A stretch of DNA of 64,000 nucleotides. Source: Abditibacterium sp. (GTDB lineage Bacteria; Armatimonadota; Abditibacteriia; Abditibacteriales; Abditibacteriaceae). A program made the position numbers and the translations under genes. Below the pieces are notes generated by a model. It searched no databases and was not told the origin of the DNA. It was given only the letters and a program-made list of their open reading frames with translations. Shown piece by piece: positions 37,265-48,100 of the stretch. The stretch lies in the NCBI GenBank assembly GCA_965246885.1, contig OZ251992.1, positions 1,792,001 to 1,856,000 of the forward strand, in the 5' to 3' direction. Every line of letters starts with the position of its first letter. Positions within the stretch are counted from its first letter, which is position 1.

Positions 37265-38119
37265 ATGTCAACCATCGAAACCAAAGGTTACGCCCATCCC
37301 GACGCCCTCGTGGACGTCGAGTGGGTCGAAGAGCACCGCAAGAACGGCACCATCAAATTAGTCGAAGTGGACGTGGACACCAACGCCTACTCCGAAGGGC
37401 ACATTCCCGGCGCCGTCGCGTGGAACTGGACGAGCCAACTGTCCGACAACGTGCGCCGCGACATCCTGAGCAAGCCCGAACTCGAAGCCCTCTTGTCCAA
37501 ATCCGGCATTTCCAACGACGACACCATCGTGCTTTACGGCGACAACAACAACTGGTTCGCCGCCTTCGCGCTGTGGATTTTAAAGATGTATGGCCACGAG
37601 AAAGTCGTGCTTATGGACGGGGGCCGCAAAAAGTGGGTGGCCGATGGTCGCGAACTCACGACTCAAGAAGAGTCTCCCGCACCCGCGCATTACACTGCTA
37701 AAGAGTTGGACAGCAGCTTGCGCTCGAACGTGCGCGAAGTGCTGGACATCGTGGACTCCGGCAACTACGAGTTAGTGGATGTGCGCTCGCCCGCCGAATT
37801 TACTGGCGAGGTCATCGCGCCTCCCGGCATGACCGAAACCGCCCAGCGCGGCGGCCACGTTCCCGGCGCCAAGTCCATCCCTTGGGCTTTGACGGTCGAA
37901 GAAGATGGCACCTTCAAAAGCGCCGATAAGTTGCGCGAACTCTACGCTTCGCGCGGCGTGTCGTTCCAAAAGCCCATCGTGGCCTATTGCCGCATCGGGG
38001 AACGCTCCAGCCATACGTGGTTCGTGCTGTCTTACCTGCTCGGCGAGAAGGGTTGCAAGAACTACGACGGCTCGTGGACGGAATACGGCTCGATGGTCGG
38101 CGTGCCGATTGAAAAGTAG
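37265..38119 (+). CDS. sseA: Two-domain thiosulfate sulfurtransferase (rhodanese)
   Basis: GHIPGA, DVRSP.EF.G, YCRIGERS, YDGSWTEYG. Confidence 0.95.
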   Translation: MSTIETKGYAHPDALVDVEWVEEHRKNGTIKLVEVDVDTNAYSEGHIPGAVAWNWTSQLSDNVRRDILSKPELEALLSKSGISNDDTIVLYGDNNNWFAAFALWILKMYGHEKVVLMDGGRKKWVADGRELTTQEESPAPAHYTAKELDSSLRSNVREVLDIVDSGNYELVDVRSPAEFTGEVIAPPGMTETAQRGGHVPGAKSIPWALTVEEDGTFKSADKLRELYASRGVSFQKPIVAYCRIGERSSHTWFVLSYLLGEKGCKNYDGSWTEYGSMVGVPIEK

Positions 38120-38186
38120 GGCGCCCACTTCCGTCGTCATGTCATCCGCCGGAGCAAACTTCAAGTTTGCTCCGGCGTTTTCTTCT

Positions 38187-38555
38187 ATGTCTACCATTTC
38201 CCGCTTTACCCAGAAAGTCTTGGCGCAACCCGAATTGGCGCTGCTTGTGTTCGATGTTGCGGCGCTCTCTCCTTATAGTGCGCGCGGCGAAGTCAAGCGC
38301 ACCGACACGGTAGGGCGCGTCAAGACCGCGAACTGGTCGTTGGACTTTGGCATCGCGCCCGATGAGGCCACTATTCACGTTCCGCTCGGCGCTTTCCTGC
38401 AGAAGGTGCCCGAAAAGGAGCGCGCGTCGTGGCTCGAACACGCGGACTCGTCGCGATTTTCGGAGAACTTCCTGAAGATGCTGTCTTCGCATGCGTGCAT
38501 AGACGATGGGAACTTGCGAGGTTGGAGCGAGGAGAAGGAAGAGAGCTTTTTTTGA
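38187..38555 (+). CDS. Hypothetical protein (122 aa)
   Basis: ATG 38187, MSTISRFTQKVLAQPELALL...WSLDFGI...HACIDDG. Confidence 0.7.
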   Translation: MSTISRFTQKVLAQPELALLVFDVAALSPYSARGEVKRTDTVGRVKTANWSLDFGIAPDEATIHVPLGAFLQKVPEKERASWLEHADSSRFSENFLKMLSSHACIDDGNLRGWSEEKEESFF

Positions 38556-38569
38556 GTTGAAGGCTCTCG

Positions 38570-38684
38570 TTTTGCGCGAATGAATTCGCAGCCAGCAAGA
38601 GTGTCGGCCTTCGCCGATGGGGTTGCTGCCCCTGCGTCGGCGAAGGCCGACACTCTTGCTGGCTGCGAATTCATTCGCGCAAAA
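38570..38684. repeat. Perfect 48-bp-arm inverted repeat (REP/REPIN-like)
   Basis: Arms contain sub-palindromes gcgaatgaattcgc and gtcggccttcgccga. Confidence 0.9.
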
Positions 38685-38737
38685 CCAAAATCCAATATCT
38701 CCGGCTCTCACTTCCCGGTCGTGCGTCGGAAGTTTAT

Positions 38738-39793
38738 ATGCCCCGGTTTCGCGGATTTTTGGAGCGCGCGCTCGACGGCGGCGCGTTTCCGGGCGCGACG
38801 GCGTGTCTTCTGCGGGGGCGCGAGGTCGTTTGGTCGGGCGCCGTCGGAACTTTGGGCTACGAAGCGCCCTTTCGCGCGCCCACCCTTTCCGGCACTCTGT
38901 ATGACGTCGCTTCTTTGACGAAGATTTACACCCTTTCGGCGGCGTTGCTCGCGCTTCGGGAAGCGAACCTCGCGCCCGAAACGACCCCCCTCCGCGCTTT
39001 CTTGCCCGCCTTCGACGCGCGCATCACCTTGGAGCACCTTTTCAATCATTCCAGTGGACTGACGCGGCAGTTGCAGACATTGGAGCCGCTCCCGGCCAAC
39101 ACTTGGGTGGACACCTTGGCCCGCGAAACGCTGCAAACCGAACCGGGGCGGGTGGTGTTATACAACTGCTCGAACTACTTCCTGCTGGCGCGCGCCTTGG
39201 AACGATTGACCGGGGAGCCGCTGGATGAACTCGTGGCGCGCTACCTTTTGCGCCCGCTCCGCTTGGAAAACACGACGTTCGCGCCGTGCGATTTGGAGTT
39301 CGTCGCGCCCACTGAAGCCAAGCGCGGCGTCGGCGAAACCGGCTTTTGGCACGGCGAAGTGCACGATGAAGCGGCCCGCGCATGGCGCCGCGCAACGGGA
39401 ACCGGTTGCGGCAACGCTGGACTATTCGCTACTGCCGCCGACGTCGCCCGCTTCGCGGGCATCTGGCTCCTTGATGGGCGCGAGTCTCCCTTGCCGTCCA
39501 TTTGGCGTGCCCGCGCCATGATGCACATCTTGCCCGAAGGTGGCGCCGGACGCGGCTGGGGATTTGGGCGCGACGCCGACTACTACATGGGCGCGCTTCC
39601 CCATCGCCCCGACCAAACGCGCGGCTTTCTGATTGGGCATTTGGGCTTTACCGGCACCTCGCTCGTCCTCAACCCGCGCGCCGGAGAAATCGCCGTCGTG
39701 CTGTCCAACCGCGTCCACCCCACCAGACTCGGCCCCGACCGCCTCCCCTTCGTCCGTGCCCTGCACGAAGAGTTTTGGCGCTCCGGCCCATGA
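38738..39793 (+). CDS. Beta-lactamase-family serine hydrolase
   Basis: YDVASLTK, HSSGL, Y...NY, GEVHDE.A, GNAGLF, GHLGFTG, LSNRVHP. Confidence 0.92.
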   Translation: MPRFRGFLERALDGGAFPGATACLLRGREVVWSGAVGTLGYEAPFRAPTLSGTLYDVASLTKIYTLSAALLALREANLAPETTPLRAFLPAFDARITLEHLFNHSSGLTRQLQTLEPLPANTWVDTLARETLQTEPGRVVLYNCSNYFLLARALERLTGEPLDELVARYLLRPLRLENTTFAPCDLEFVAPTEAKRGVGETGFWHGEVHDEAARAWRRATGTGCGNAGLFATAADVARFAGIWLLDGRESPLPSIWRARAMMHILPEGGAGRGWGFGRDADYYMGALPHRPDQTRGFLIGHLGFTGTSLVLNPRAGEIAVVLSNRVHPTRLGPDRLPFVRALHEEFWRSGP

Positions 39794-39818
39794 TGCGGCG
39801 GCTTGCCAAACTGGGCGC

Positions 39819-41366
39819 GTGATTTCTCGGATTCTTTTGGGCGCCACGCTCCTGCTGTTGGCGCCTTTGGCGAGGGCGCAGGAGCGTGCGCCCCTCGCGT
39901 TACCGCCTGCGACGGAGCGGCAAATAGAAGCGATATTGCGCGCGCCGAACTTTGACGGCGCGCGGGTAGGGGTGGCGGTAGTGGCCTTGGGGCGCGCGAG
40001 TGGGGTGGACTCGGTACGCGTGAGGCCGTTTGCCGGTGGCGCGCAACCGATGCTGTTCGCGCGCGACGCCGGGAAGCGGTTCTTGCCCGCGTCCAACTTC
40101 AAACTGTTCACGGCGGCGTGGGCACTCGAATCGCTGGGCGGCTCGCACTCGTTCGACACGCGCGCGTTGGTGGCGCCGCTTCGCTTTGGGCGGGCGGGGG
40201 TGTGGCCCGTTGGGTCGCCGCTTCCGCTTGCGCTGATGCTGGAAGGAGAAGGCGACCCATCGTTGTCGGGGCAGGATTTGGCGCTTCTCGCCGACCGCGT
40301 GGCGGCCTCGCCGCTCCTCAAAGGGCAAGCGGTCGTGGTGCGGGTCGCGCCCTCGCGCTTGGCGGCGGAAGAGAACGGTGGGCGCTACCCCGACGGCTGG
40401 ACGCTGGACGACGCGACGTGGTATTACGGCGCGCCCATCACCGGTTGGGCGCTCGACCGCAATCAAGTGGACGTGTCGGTCATCGGGCAGAAGCCGGGCG
40501 AGTTAGCACGCTTGGAAGTCAAGGGGCAGGCGCCGATGGAGATATTCAACGGCGTCTTGACCGCGCCCGACAAAGCGTCGGCGACGGGCGCGCACTTCGA
40601 CCGGGGCGACCGCTCCTCGCCTTTTGGCCCCGCGCTTTCGATTAGCGGAACCGTCGCGCCGGGGTCGGTAGACGCCGAGGGCGTGGCCGTGCCCGACCCG
40701 AACGAGTGGATACGCGCGCGCTTTGGAGCGCTACTCCGGGTGCGTGGGGTGCGAGTCGTTGACCCCGGCGCCGCCTTTGCGACCGGAGCGCCGCAACTGG
40801 TGGCGACGCACCGCTCGCGTCCTTTGGGGGAAATACTGCGCCGCTTTTTGAAATCGAGCGACAACCTGTATGGCGAGATGCTCCTGCGCGCGGCGGCCCG
40901 AACGCCCGCGAAGAAGTGGCCCCAAGTCGCGTCGTCGGGCGTGGCGGCGCGCAGTCATGGCGCGATGCTGGACTGGTTGGCGTCCCAACAGGTGCCCGTC
41001 GCGGCGCTACGGATGTCGGACGGAAGCGGTTTGTCGCGCTATAATCTGGTGACGCCCGAAGCCCTCACGCGCCTGCTCGCCCTTGAAGCGCGGCAACGCG
41101 ACGGCGCCTTCTTTTACGGCGCGCTGCCGGTTGCCGGGGTGGACGGCACGCTCAAAAATCGCATGAAAGGCACGCCCGCGCAGGGGAACGTGCGCGCCAA
41201 AACCGGCACGTTCTCGATTGTCAACTGCTTGTCGGGGTATGTCACGACGCGCGACGGGGTGCGCTTGGCCGTCTCCGTCCTGACCAACTTCGCGCCCGAT
41301 GGCGACCGCGCCCGCGAGGACGAAGGCCGCATCTTCGCGGCCTTAGCAGGGGCGCGGTGGAAGTAG
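39819..41366 (+). CDS. dacB: D-Ala-D-Ala carboxypeptidase/endopeptidase (S13, PBP4)
   Basis: PASNFK, G.GDP, SDN, DGSGLSR, AKTG. Confidence 0.95.
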   Translation: MISRILLGATLLLLAPLARAQERAPLALPPATERQIEAILRAPNFDGARVGVAVVALGRASGVDSVRVRPFAGGAQPMLFARDAGKRFLPASNFKLFTAAWALESLGGSHSFDTRALVAPLRFGRAGVWPVGSPLPLALMLEGEGDPSLSGQDLALLADRVAASPLLKGQAVVVRVAPSRLAAEENGGRYPDGWTLDDATWYYGAPITGWALDRNQVDVSVIGQKPGELARLEVKGQAPMEIFNGVLTAPDKASATGAHFDRGDRSSPFGPALSISGTVAPGSVDAEGVAVPDPNEWIRARFGALLRVRGVRVVDPGAAFATGAPQLVATHRSRPLGEILRRFLKSSDNLYGEMLLRAAARTPAKKWPQVASSGVAARSHGAMLDWLASQQVPVAALRMSDGSGLSRYNLVTPEALTRLLALEARQRDGAFFYGALPVAGVDGTLKNRMKGTPAQGNVRAKTGTFSIVNCLSGYVTTRDGVRLAVSVLTNFAPDGDRAREDEGRIFAALAGARWK

Positions 41367-41381
41367 CGTTATGCCGTTCTG

Positions 41382-41520
41382 CCCCCCCATTGAAATCAGG
41401 GGCTACGCCCGTCTGCGGTGGAACTGTTCGTGGGAGCGAGCAACACGGGTTGCGGGTCATGTTCACGAAGGTGAACAGTTGGTGTGAAGCGCCGCGTAGC
41501 CCCCGAATTCATTCAGGGGT
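41382..41520. repeat. Pair of GTAG-type REP palindromes
   Basis: Reverse complement cgtagcccctgatttcaatgggg (41384-41407) and cgtagcccccgaattcattcagggg (41495-41519). Confidence 0.7.
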
Positions 41521-41527
41521 GTTGTGA

Positions 41528-42040
41528 TTGCCTCAAACTCCCCCTCTATTCATGCGATTTCTATTGGGCGCGGCGGGCGTGGCGCTGCTTTTGGACATGG
41601 CGAGCAAGGCGTGGGTGCGCGCGCACTTGGCGTTGGGGGAAACGAGGGAGGTGCTGCCGGGGTGGTTGCACTTGCAGCACGTCCAGAATCGCGGCGCGGC
41701 GTGGAGCGTGCTGGCGGGGCACACCACATTTCTGATTCTCTTCACGCTCGGCGTTATCGCGCTTCTTGTGCTGTCGGCGCGCGAGATAGCGCGGCAGGGG
41801 GCGCCTTCGGCGGCGGCGTTTGGGCTGATATTGGGCGGGGCGGTGGGCAACTTTCTCGACCGCGCGCGGCAAGGGTTCGTGACCGATTTCTTCCATTTCG
41901 ACACGCCGCTCCCTTGGCTGCAAACGTTTCCGGTGTTCAATGTGGCCGATTCCGCCTTGACTGTAGGGGTGGTGCTGTTGATTCTGTCGGCGTTGTGGAA
42001 GTCGCGCCGCGCGAAGACTGCGGCGCCCTCTGTTAACTGA
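41528..42040 (+). CDS. lspA: Lipoprotein signal peptidase II
   Basis: D..SK, NRGAAW, GGAVGNFLDR, VTDF, FNVAD. Confidence 0.96.
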   Translation: MPQTPPLFMRFLLGAAGVALLLDMASKAWVRAHLALGETREVLPGWLHLQHVQNRGAAWSVLAGHTTFLILFTLGVIALLVLSAREIARQGAPSAAAFGLILGGAVGNFLDRARQGFVTDFFHFDTPLPWLQTFPVFNVADSALTVGVVLLILSALWKSRRAKTAAPSVN

Positions 42041-42079
42041 ACCCCTGCCGCGCCTGCGCGAGGCGCCGATACTTCTCTT

Positions 42080-43048
42080 ATGCGTCCTATTCTCGCCGTC
42101 ATCCCGGCGCTTCCTCATTCCCTCGTCTGGCCCCTCGCGCTGTTGGCCCTACTTCTAAGCGGCACGTTTGCGCTCCGGGCGCGCAATGCTCTTCCGCTCG
42201 CCTTTGGAATGGGCGCGGCAGCGCTGGCGTGGGTGTGGAGCCGCGCGCCCATCACGCTCCACTCGTATGGCTTGATGTTGGTGCTGGGGTTCTTCGTTTC
42301 GACGTTTTTGGCGTGCGTCGAAGCGCGGCGGCGCGGGTATGACCCGAACATCCTGCTGGATTTGGCGATGCCGCTCCTGCTGGTGTCGGTGCTGTTTTGC
42401 CGGGTGCTGTATTTCTTCATTTACCCGTCGCAGTGGCAGGGCTTCAAAGCGGCGCTGCAAATCTGGAATGGCGGGTTGTCGTTTCACGGCGCGCTGATTG
42501 GGGCGCCTTTAGTGATTGCCTTCTACGCGCGGCGCCACAAGATGGCGTTCGGCACGCTCGCCGACCTCATCGCACCCGGCGCGTTCATGGGCTACGCCAT
42601 CGGGCGCATTGGCTGCTTGCTCAACGGCTGTTGCTACGGCCACGCCTGCGATTTGCCTTGGGCGGTGCGTTTCCCCGAAGAAAGTGACCGTTCCGTTGAC
42701 GCGGCGGGGCATTTCCTGCACCTGACGCCGCCCTCGCATCCGGCGCAGTTGTATTCGACTCTGATGGGCACGCTCCTGTTCGTAGTCATGTGGCGGCTGC
42801 GCTTGGTGCCGCGCTTCAACCGCTTTCCGGGTCAGTTGACGCTTCTCTTCTTCGCGTTCTACGCCTTGGAGCGGTTCATCATGGAAATATTCCGCAACGG
42901 CGCGACAGCGCCGCTTGCCTTCGGGCTGACGTGGCTAACGCAAGCACAGTTGGCGTCGGTCATCGGCATCATCGTCGTGGCGGCGCTCTATTCTCTCGGA
43001 CTGCGTCGCACGGCTCCTCGCTCGGTCGCGCAGTTGGCGCCGCGTTAA
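42080..43048 (+). CDS. lgt: Prolipoprotein diacylglyceryl transferase
   Basis: SYG, WNGGLSFHG, GRIGC..NGCCYG, HPAQLY, RF..E.FR. Confidence 0.96.
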   Translation: MRPILAVIPALPHSLVWPLALLALLLSGTFALRARNALPLAFGMGAAALAWVWSRAPITLHSYGLMLVLGFFVSTFLACVEARRRGYDPNILLDLAMPLLLVSVLFCRVLYFFIYPSQWQGFKAALQIWNGGLSFHGALIGAPLVIAFYARRHKMAFGTLADLIAPGAFMGYAIGRIGCLLNGCCYGHACDLPWAVRFPEESDRSVDAAGHFLHLTPPSHPAQLYSTLMGTLLFVVMWRLRLVPRFNRFPGQLTLLFFAFYALERFIMEIFRNGATAPLAFGLTWLTQAQLASVIGIIVVAALYSLGLRRTAPRSVAQLAPR

Positions 43049-43057
43049 GTTCCATCT

Positions 43058-43717
43058 ATGAGCGACGACCCGTTCTTCCCGCCCGTCGAGGACGCCGACG
43101 AATACGGCGTCGTGCGCGTCGGCGGGTATCTGTCGCCCGCGCTCGTGTTGGAAGCGTATCGGCGCGGCATTTTTCCTTGGCCCCACACTGGCTACCCGCT
43201 TTTGTGGTTCGCTCCGCCGGAGCGCGCCGTGTTGTGCTTCCACGAACTGCGCGTCAACGCCCGCTTGAAGCGCGACTTGCGCGCGCGCGGGTACCGCATC
43301 ACCTTCGATACTGCCTTTGAGCGCGTCATCGCCGCGTGCGCCGGAACGCGCATCGTCGAGGGCGAACTGGACGACGGCACGTGGATTACACCTGCCATGA
43401 TTCGCGTTTACACCGAACTCCACCGGCAGGGCTGGGCGCGCAGCATCGAAGCGTGGGACGGCGAGCGGCTCGTTGGCGGCTTGTATGGCGTGCTGATCGG
43501 CGCCCACTTTTGCGGCGAGTCCATGTTCCACCGCGCGCCTAACGCCAGTAAAGCGTGTGTCGTCGCCTTAGTCGAGCGCCTCGCAAGCGGCGGCGCGACG
43601 TGGCTGGACATCGAAACCATGACCCCACATTTCGAGCGTCTTGGCGCCCGCGAAATCCCGCGCGAGCAGTTCACGCAGTGGATGCGAGAGGCTCAAGACA
43701 AGCCCTGCGCGTGGTAG
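43058..43717 (+). CDS. aat: Leucyl/phenylalanyl-tRNA-protein transferase
   Basis: AYRRGIFPW, TWIT, LVGGLYGV, GESMF, NASK. Confidence 0.96.
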   Translation: MSDDPFFPPVEDADEYGVVRVGGYLSPALVLEAYRRGIFPWPHTGYPLLWFAPPERAVLCFHELRVNARLKRDLRARGYRITFDTAFERVIAACAGTRIVEGELDDGTWITPAMIRVYTELHRQGWARSIEAWDGERLVGGLYGVLIGAHFCGESMFHRAPNASKACVVALVERLASGGATWLDIETMTPHFERLGAREIPREQFTQWMREAQDKPCAW

Positions 43718-44865
43718 GATGGCAACAGAAACTGCGCCCGCGCCGCGCGAAATTCTTCGGCTTCCGCCCGCGCTTCTTCCAACGCCGCGTCCAACTCTCC
43801 ATCCCACAGCAACGCCAGCACGCGCGTCGAACCCAGCAACTGTCCCGCCTTTCGCCACTGCTCCGCCGGAAACTCTGGGTGCGCGCGGCGAAGCGCGGCC
43901 ATCACGCGCATCCCGAACTCAACGGGGCGCGACGGCACGCCGCCCGCTTCAGTGCTTGTGAAGCGCACGCCCACGCACGCTTGCCCCTCAAACGTCGCGC
44001 GCGTCGGCGTGACTTCGACGCGCTCCCACCCGAATGGGGTGCCCTCCAAGCACGCGGCGAGCGCGGCCTGCATCCGCTCGTAATCCAACCAAGGCGCGCA
44101 CAGAATCCGAAACGGCGCGTCGGTGCCGCGCCCGACGCCCACACTTGAAAACTCCAAAAGTGCCAAGCCGGGATACCACGCCGCGCTCGCGTAGTCGGGC
44201 AGGTTGGGCGACGGCTGGCGCCACGTGAGGCCGGTTTGGGGCCACGTCTGCCCGCGCTCCCAGCCTTCGACGGGTACGACGCGGAGCAGGGCCGCGTCCA
44301 GCCCTTTCCACGCGACGAAAAAGCGTGCTAACTCGCCCATCGTCATCCCGTGCTTGACTGGAAGCGGCGCGTAGCCGATGAAGGAGTGGAGGGCGTCTTC
44401 CATCACTGGCCCTTCCACGCCCAGTCCGCCGAGCGGGTTGGGACGGTCGAGCACGACGACTTCAATCCCGCGCGGCAAGGCTTCTTCCAACACGTGGAAG
44501 ACGGTCGAGGAGTAGGTGTAAAAGCGCGCGCCAACGTCTTGGAGGTCGCACACGATGGTTTCGATGCCGCGCAGCATCTCTTCGGTAGGTCGCCGCGTCG
44601 CGCCGTAAAGCGAATAGGCGGGCAGAGCGCCGACGGTGGAGGATTCGATGTTTCCCTCGCGGTCGGCGCGCGGCCCATGTTCGGGCGAAAAGAGCGCCAC
44701 GAGCGGCAAGCCGAGTTCGCGGCATACATCGAGGGCGCTCGTGCCGTCGAGCGCCGCGCCCGTCGGGTTGAAAAGCAGCGCGCATCGCTGGCCTTGTAAG
44801 TGGCGCGTAAGGGCGGGGTGGGCATGGACGCGCAAGGCGTCGAGACCGGGGTGAATAAGGGACAT
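43693..44865 (-). CDS. namZ: DUF1343 exo-beta-N-acetylmuramidase
   Basis: NPTG, FSPEHG, SLYG, DLQDVGARFYTY, LDRPNP, HGMTMGELA, PSPNLP, GRGT. Confidence 0.93.
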   Translation of the reverse strand: MSLIHPGLDALRVHAHPALTRHLQGQRCALLFNPTGAALDGTSALDVCRELGLPLVALFSPEHGPRADREGNIESSTVGALPAYSLYGATRRPTEEMLRGIETIVCDLQDVGARFYTYSSTVFHVLEEALPRGIEVVVLDRPNPLGGLGVEGPVMEDALHSFIGYAPLPVKHGMTMGELARFFVAWKGLDAALLRVVPVEGWERGQTWPQTGLTWRQPSPNLPDYASAAWYPGLALLEFSSVGVGRGTDAPFRILCAPWLDYERMQAALAACLEGTPFGWERVEVTPTRATFEGQACVGVRFTSTEAGGVPSRPVEFGMRVMAALRRAHPEFPAEQWRKAGQLLGSTRVLALLWDGELDAALEEARAEAEEFRAARAQFLLPSYHAQGLS

Positions 44866-44878
44866 AGGAGGGAGTTTG

Positions 44879-45074
44879 GCGCCCGAATAGTGGGGGACGG
44901 CTCCCGTCCCCCACTATTCAGCTTCCGTCCCTCCCTATTCGAGCGCTGTTACTTGAGTCACGGCTTCCGTCCCGCATTATTCAGCCGTCGTTCCTTGAGT
45001 AACGACGGCTGAAACTCAAGTAACGGGCGCCCGAATAGTGGGTAACGGCGGCTGTTACCCGCTATTCGGCGCCC
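44879..45074. repeat. 21-nt-period mixed-orientation array, about 9 units
   Basis: Units start at 44879, 44900, 44921, 44942, 44963, 44984, 45005, then a 1-nt slip; recurring CCGAATAGTGG / CTATTC / TTGAGT(A/C)ACG. Confidence 0.8.
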
Positions 45075-45155
45075 ATCCCCGGTTGTGCCCTCGCTGCTTT
45101 TGGCATCCTTTGAACCGCTTTCGGAAGTGGCAGGTCTCGCGCTTCTGGTTGTCAG

Positions 45156-48100
45156 GTGGTTTGTTTGCTTCAAAAGAAACGCTTTAAGGTCGCTTCTCCC
45201 GACATTCGCCCCGGTCACGACACGCCCGATTGGGAAGGCGCGGCGCGGCGCGCGCGTGGGGCGCGCAAAAAATTGGCGGGCGACGCGGGGCCATCCTCCC
45301 CGGCGTTGACGGGCGCGGGGCGGCGCTTGTTGTGGCTGATTCCGCTTGGCCTGTTCTTCGCGGCGCTGTATGCCCTGAGCGTCGGGCTATCGCTGTTTCG
45401 CGCCGACTATTCGCCTGCCGACCGCGTCGCGTCGCTGCTACTCGGCGGGGCGCTGCTGTTCGTCTTGCTGCACGGCTTGGGTTACGCGAACTCGATGATC
45501 AAGGCGTTGCGCGCTTCGCAGGCGCCGCCCAAGCTCCTGTTCGCGTCCGCCAACGCGCCGCGCGTGGTGTGCTTGGTGGCGTCTTTCAACGAGCCGCCGG
45601 ACGTGTTAGAAGAAACCATCGCGGGCGTGTGCGCGCTCGACTACCCCAACAAAGAAGTGGTGCTCTTGGACGACTCCACGCAAGAAGCCAAGCGCCGCGC
45701 GGCGGCAGACATCGCCCGCAAATACAACGTGCGTTGCGTGCAACGCGTGACGCGGCGCGGCTTTAAGGCGGGCGCCATCAACGACTTCCTGCCGCAAATC
45801 TCGGCGCCTTACATCGCCATGTTCGACGCGGACGCCTTGCCCGCGCCGGGGTTTCTGGGTGAGGTTGTGCCGCATCTGGGCCAGAACCCGCGCTTGGGCT
45901 GGGTGCAAACGCCACAGTTCTACGCTAACATCGCCGTCTCCTACACCGCGCTCGCGGCCTCGCGCCAACAAAGCGTCTTCTACGAATACATTTGCGAAGG
46001 CAAATCGGCTTCGCGCGCGGCGTTTTGTTGCGGCACGAACGTGGTGTTCGCGCGGCGCGCTTTGGAGGATGTTGGCGGCTTCGACGAAAACAGCGTGACC
46101 GAGGACTTCGCCACCAGCTTCGCGCTCCATCGGCGCGGTTGGGACTCGCTGTATCTCAACCGCGTCGGCGTCTTTTCGCTCGCGCCCGAAACGCTGGGCG
46201 CTTATTTCACGCAGCAGGGGCGCTGGGCTTTTGGCTCGCTCGGTTTGTTTCGCCCGTTTATGCGCGCGTTCTTTCGCAACCCGCGCGCGCTGTCGGCGGG
46301 GCAGTGGAGCGAGTATGGGCTGTCCGCCACCTACTACTGGGTCGGGCTGGTCAACTTCCTCTTTCTCTGCTTACCCATCGCGTACATCTTCTTCGGCGTC
46401 AAGCCCCTGCGCCAAGACGCCCTGACTTACCTCGCCGTCTTCCTGCCGTATCTGGCCTTCTCGCTGCATACGTTCTACGCGGGCATGGAAGGGCGCGGCT
46501 TCGCGGTCGGGGACATGATTTTGGGGCAGCAGTTGGGCTTCCTCTCGTTCCCGACGCACATCGGCGCGGGCATTTCGGCCTTGCTGGGGCGCAAGCGGCC
46601 CTTTGGCGTGACGCCCAAGGGCGTCGGCGGGCGCTTGTCGTATTGGAGTTTGTGGCCGCAACTGGGGATGCTTCTGCTCAGCGCGGTCGCGGGCGGGTGG
46701 GGCTTGTGGCGCTACTTCGCGGGCTTCGACCGCAACACGACGGCGGCGCTCGTCAACTCCTTCTGGGCGCTCTATCACGTGTGGATGCTCGGCTCGCTCT
46801 TCAAGCTCAACCGCCCCGCGCGTGTCGGGGCCACGCAGAAAGCGTTCTTCGCGCCTGATGGCGCAGCCGCGCCCGCGACTCTTTCACCGTTACGCGGTGG
46901 GCGCAATCCCTTGTCGCTGGGCCGCGTGACGGGCGCCCTCGCGCTCGCCTCGCTCCTCGCGGTCGGGACGCTGGCCGGGGTCGTTCTCGCGTGGAACCGC
47001 GCGCCGGTTTATCCGGTGAACGTCGTCGTCCTCGACCGCACGAGTGCCGGGGCGGGCCGCGAACATCGCGCCCTCTTGTGGACGCTCGATTACCTCAAGG
47101 TGCGCGGGCAAAAAAACGGGCCGCTTGGCAATGCGCGGGCGACCTACGACCCCAATCTCGATTACTTCGGCGCCTTCTTCCCGCCCGACGCCAAGGCCAA
47201 GCGCGACCCACGAAGCGGGCAAATGGTCGTGACGGGCGTTAACCGCCCGCTTCCGGCCTTTTTGCCAACGCCGGGAGCGATGTATATCGCCGACACCTTC
47301 GGCGAGTTCCGCGCGCGCGTCGGACGCGGCCAGAAAGAAGCGCTGTTTCGCGCCCGCAAGCGCGGTTTGAACCCGAAGGAAATCGCTTCCATTGGCGACT
47401 TCGCGGGGCGCGGGGGGCTGCTGATGGGCGAGTGGAACACCCTCGGCTACCCAACGCGGCCCGGCGGCTTCTTGCCTGAAGCGCAGTTGTCCCGCGCCTT
47501 GGAGCAGGCGCGGGCGGAGAAGGCGCGCATTGAACGGAGCGCCCTCGCGCGTGCCCAAGATGCCCTCGACGCCGCGCAGGCGACGCGCGATTTTCGGCGC
47601 ATCGGGTGGGCGCGCGGGCAGTTGGAGGACGTGCGCGGCCAAGTCGTGAGCGCCGAATATCGCGTGCGCGCCTTGCAAAGTCGCGCCCTGTTCAACGCCG
47701 TGCAAGCCAAACAAGCGCGCGCGGCGAAGCAATTGGAAGGCTTGTTCCATACGTCCTATGCCGGGTGGTATGGTCGCTTTGTAGACGACTTCGCTGCCGA
47801 AACGCGCTACGACCCGGCGCTGTATGCGAGCGTGGCCGCCGACCTCAAGCGGCGCTTTGGCCCACATGCGCCCGCCCCGCGCGGGCCGGGGTTCGTGTTT
47901 TATCCCGACGGCGAAGGCGAAACCATAGACCCGCAAACCGGCGCCATCCTCAAGTCGCCCTTCGCCCGCCCCGTCGCGGTTCTGGGCGCGGACTTGGGCG
48001 AGACGCCGGGCGCGGGGCTATGCCAGATCGTGCGCACCTCTGACCCGGCGCTACGCGCCGACCCGCTCCTTCGCGGTGTGCGCGCGGCGGTTCCAGCGCG

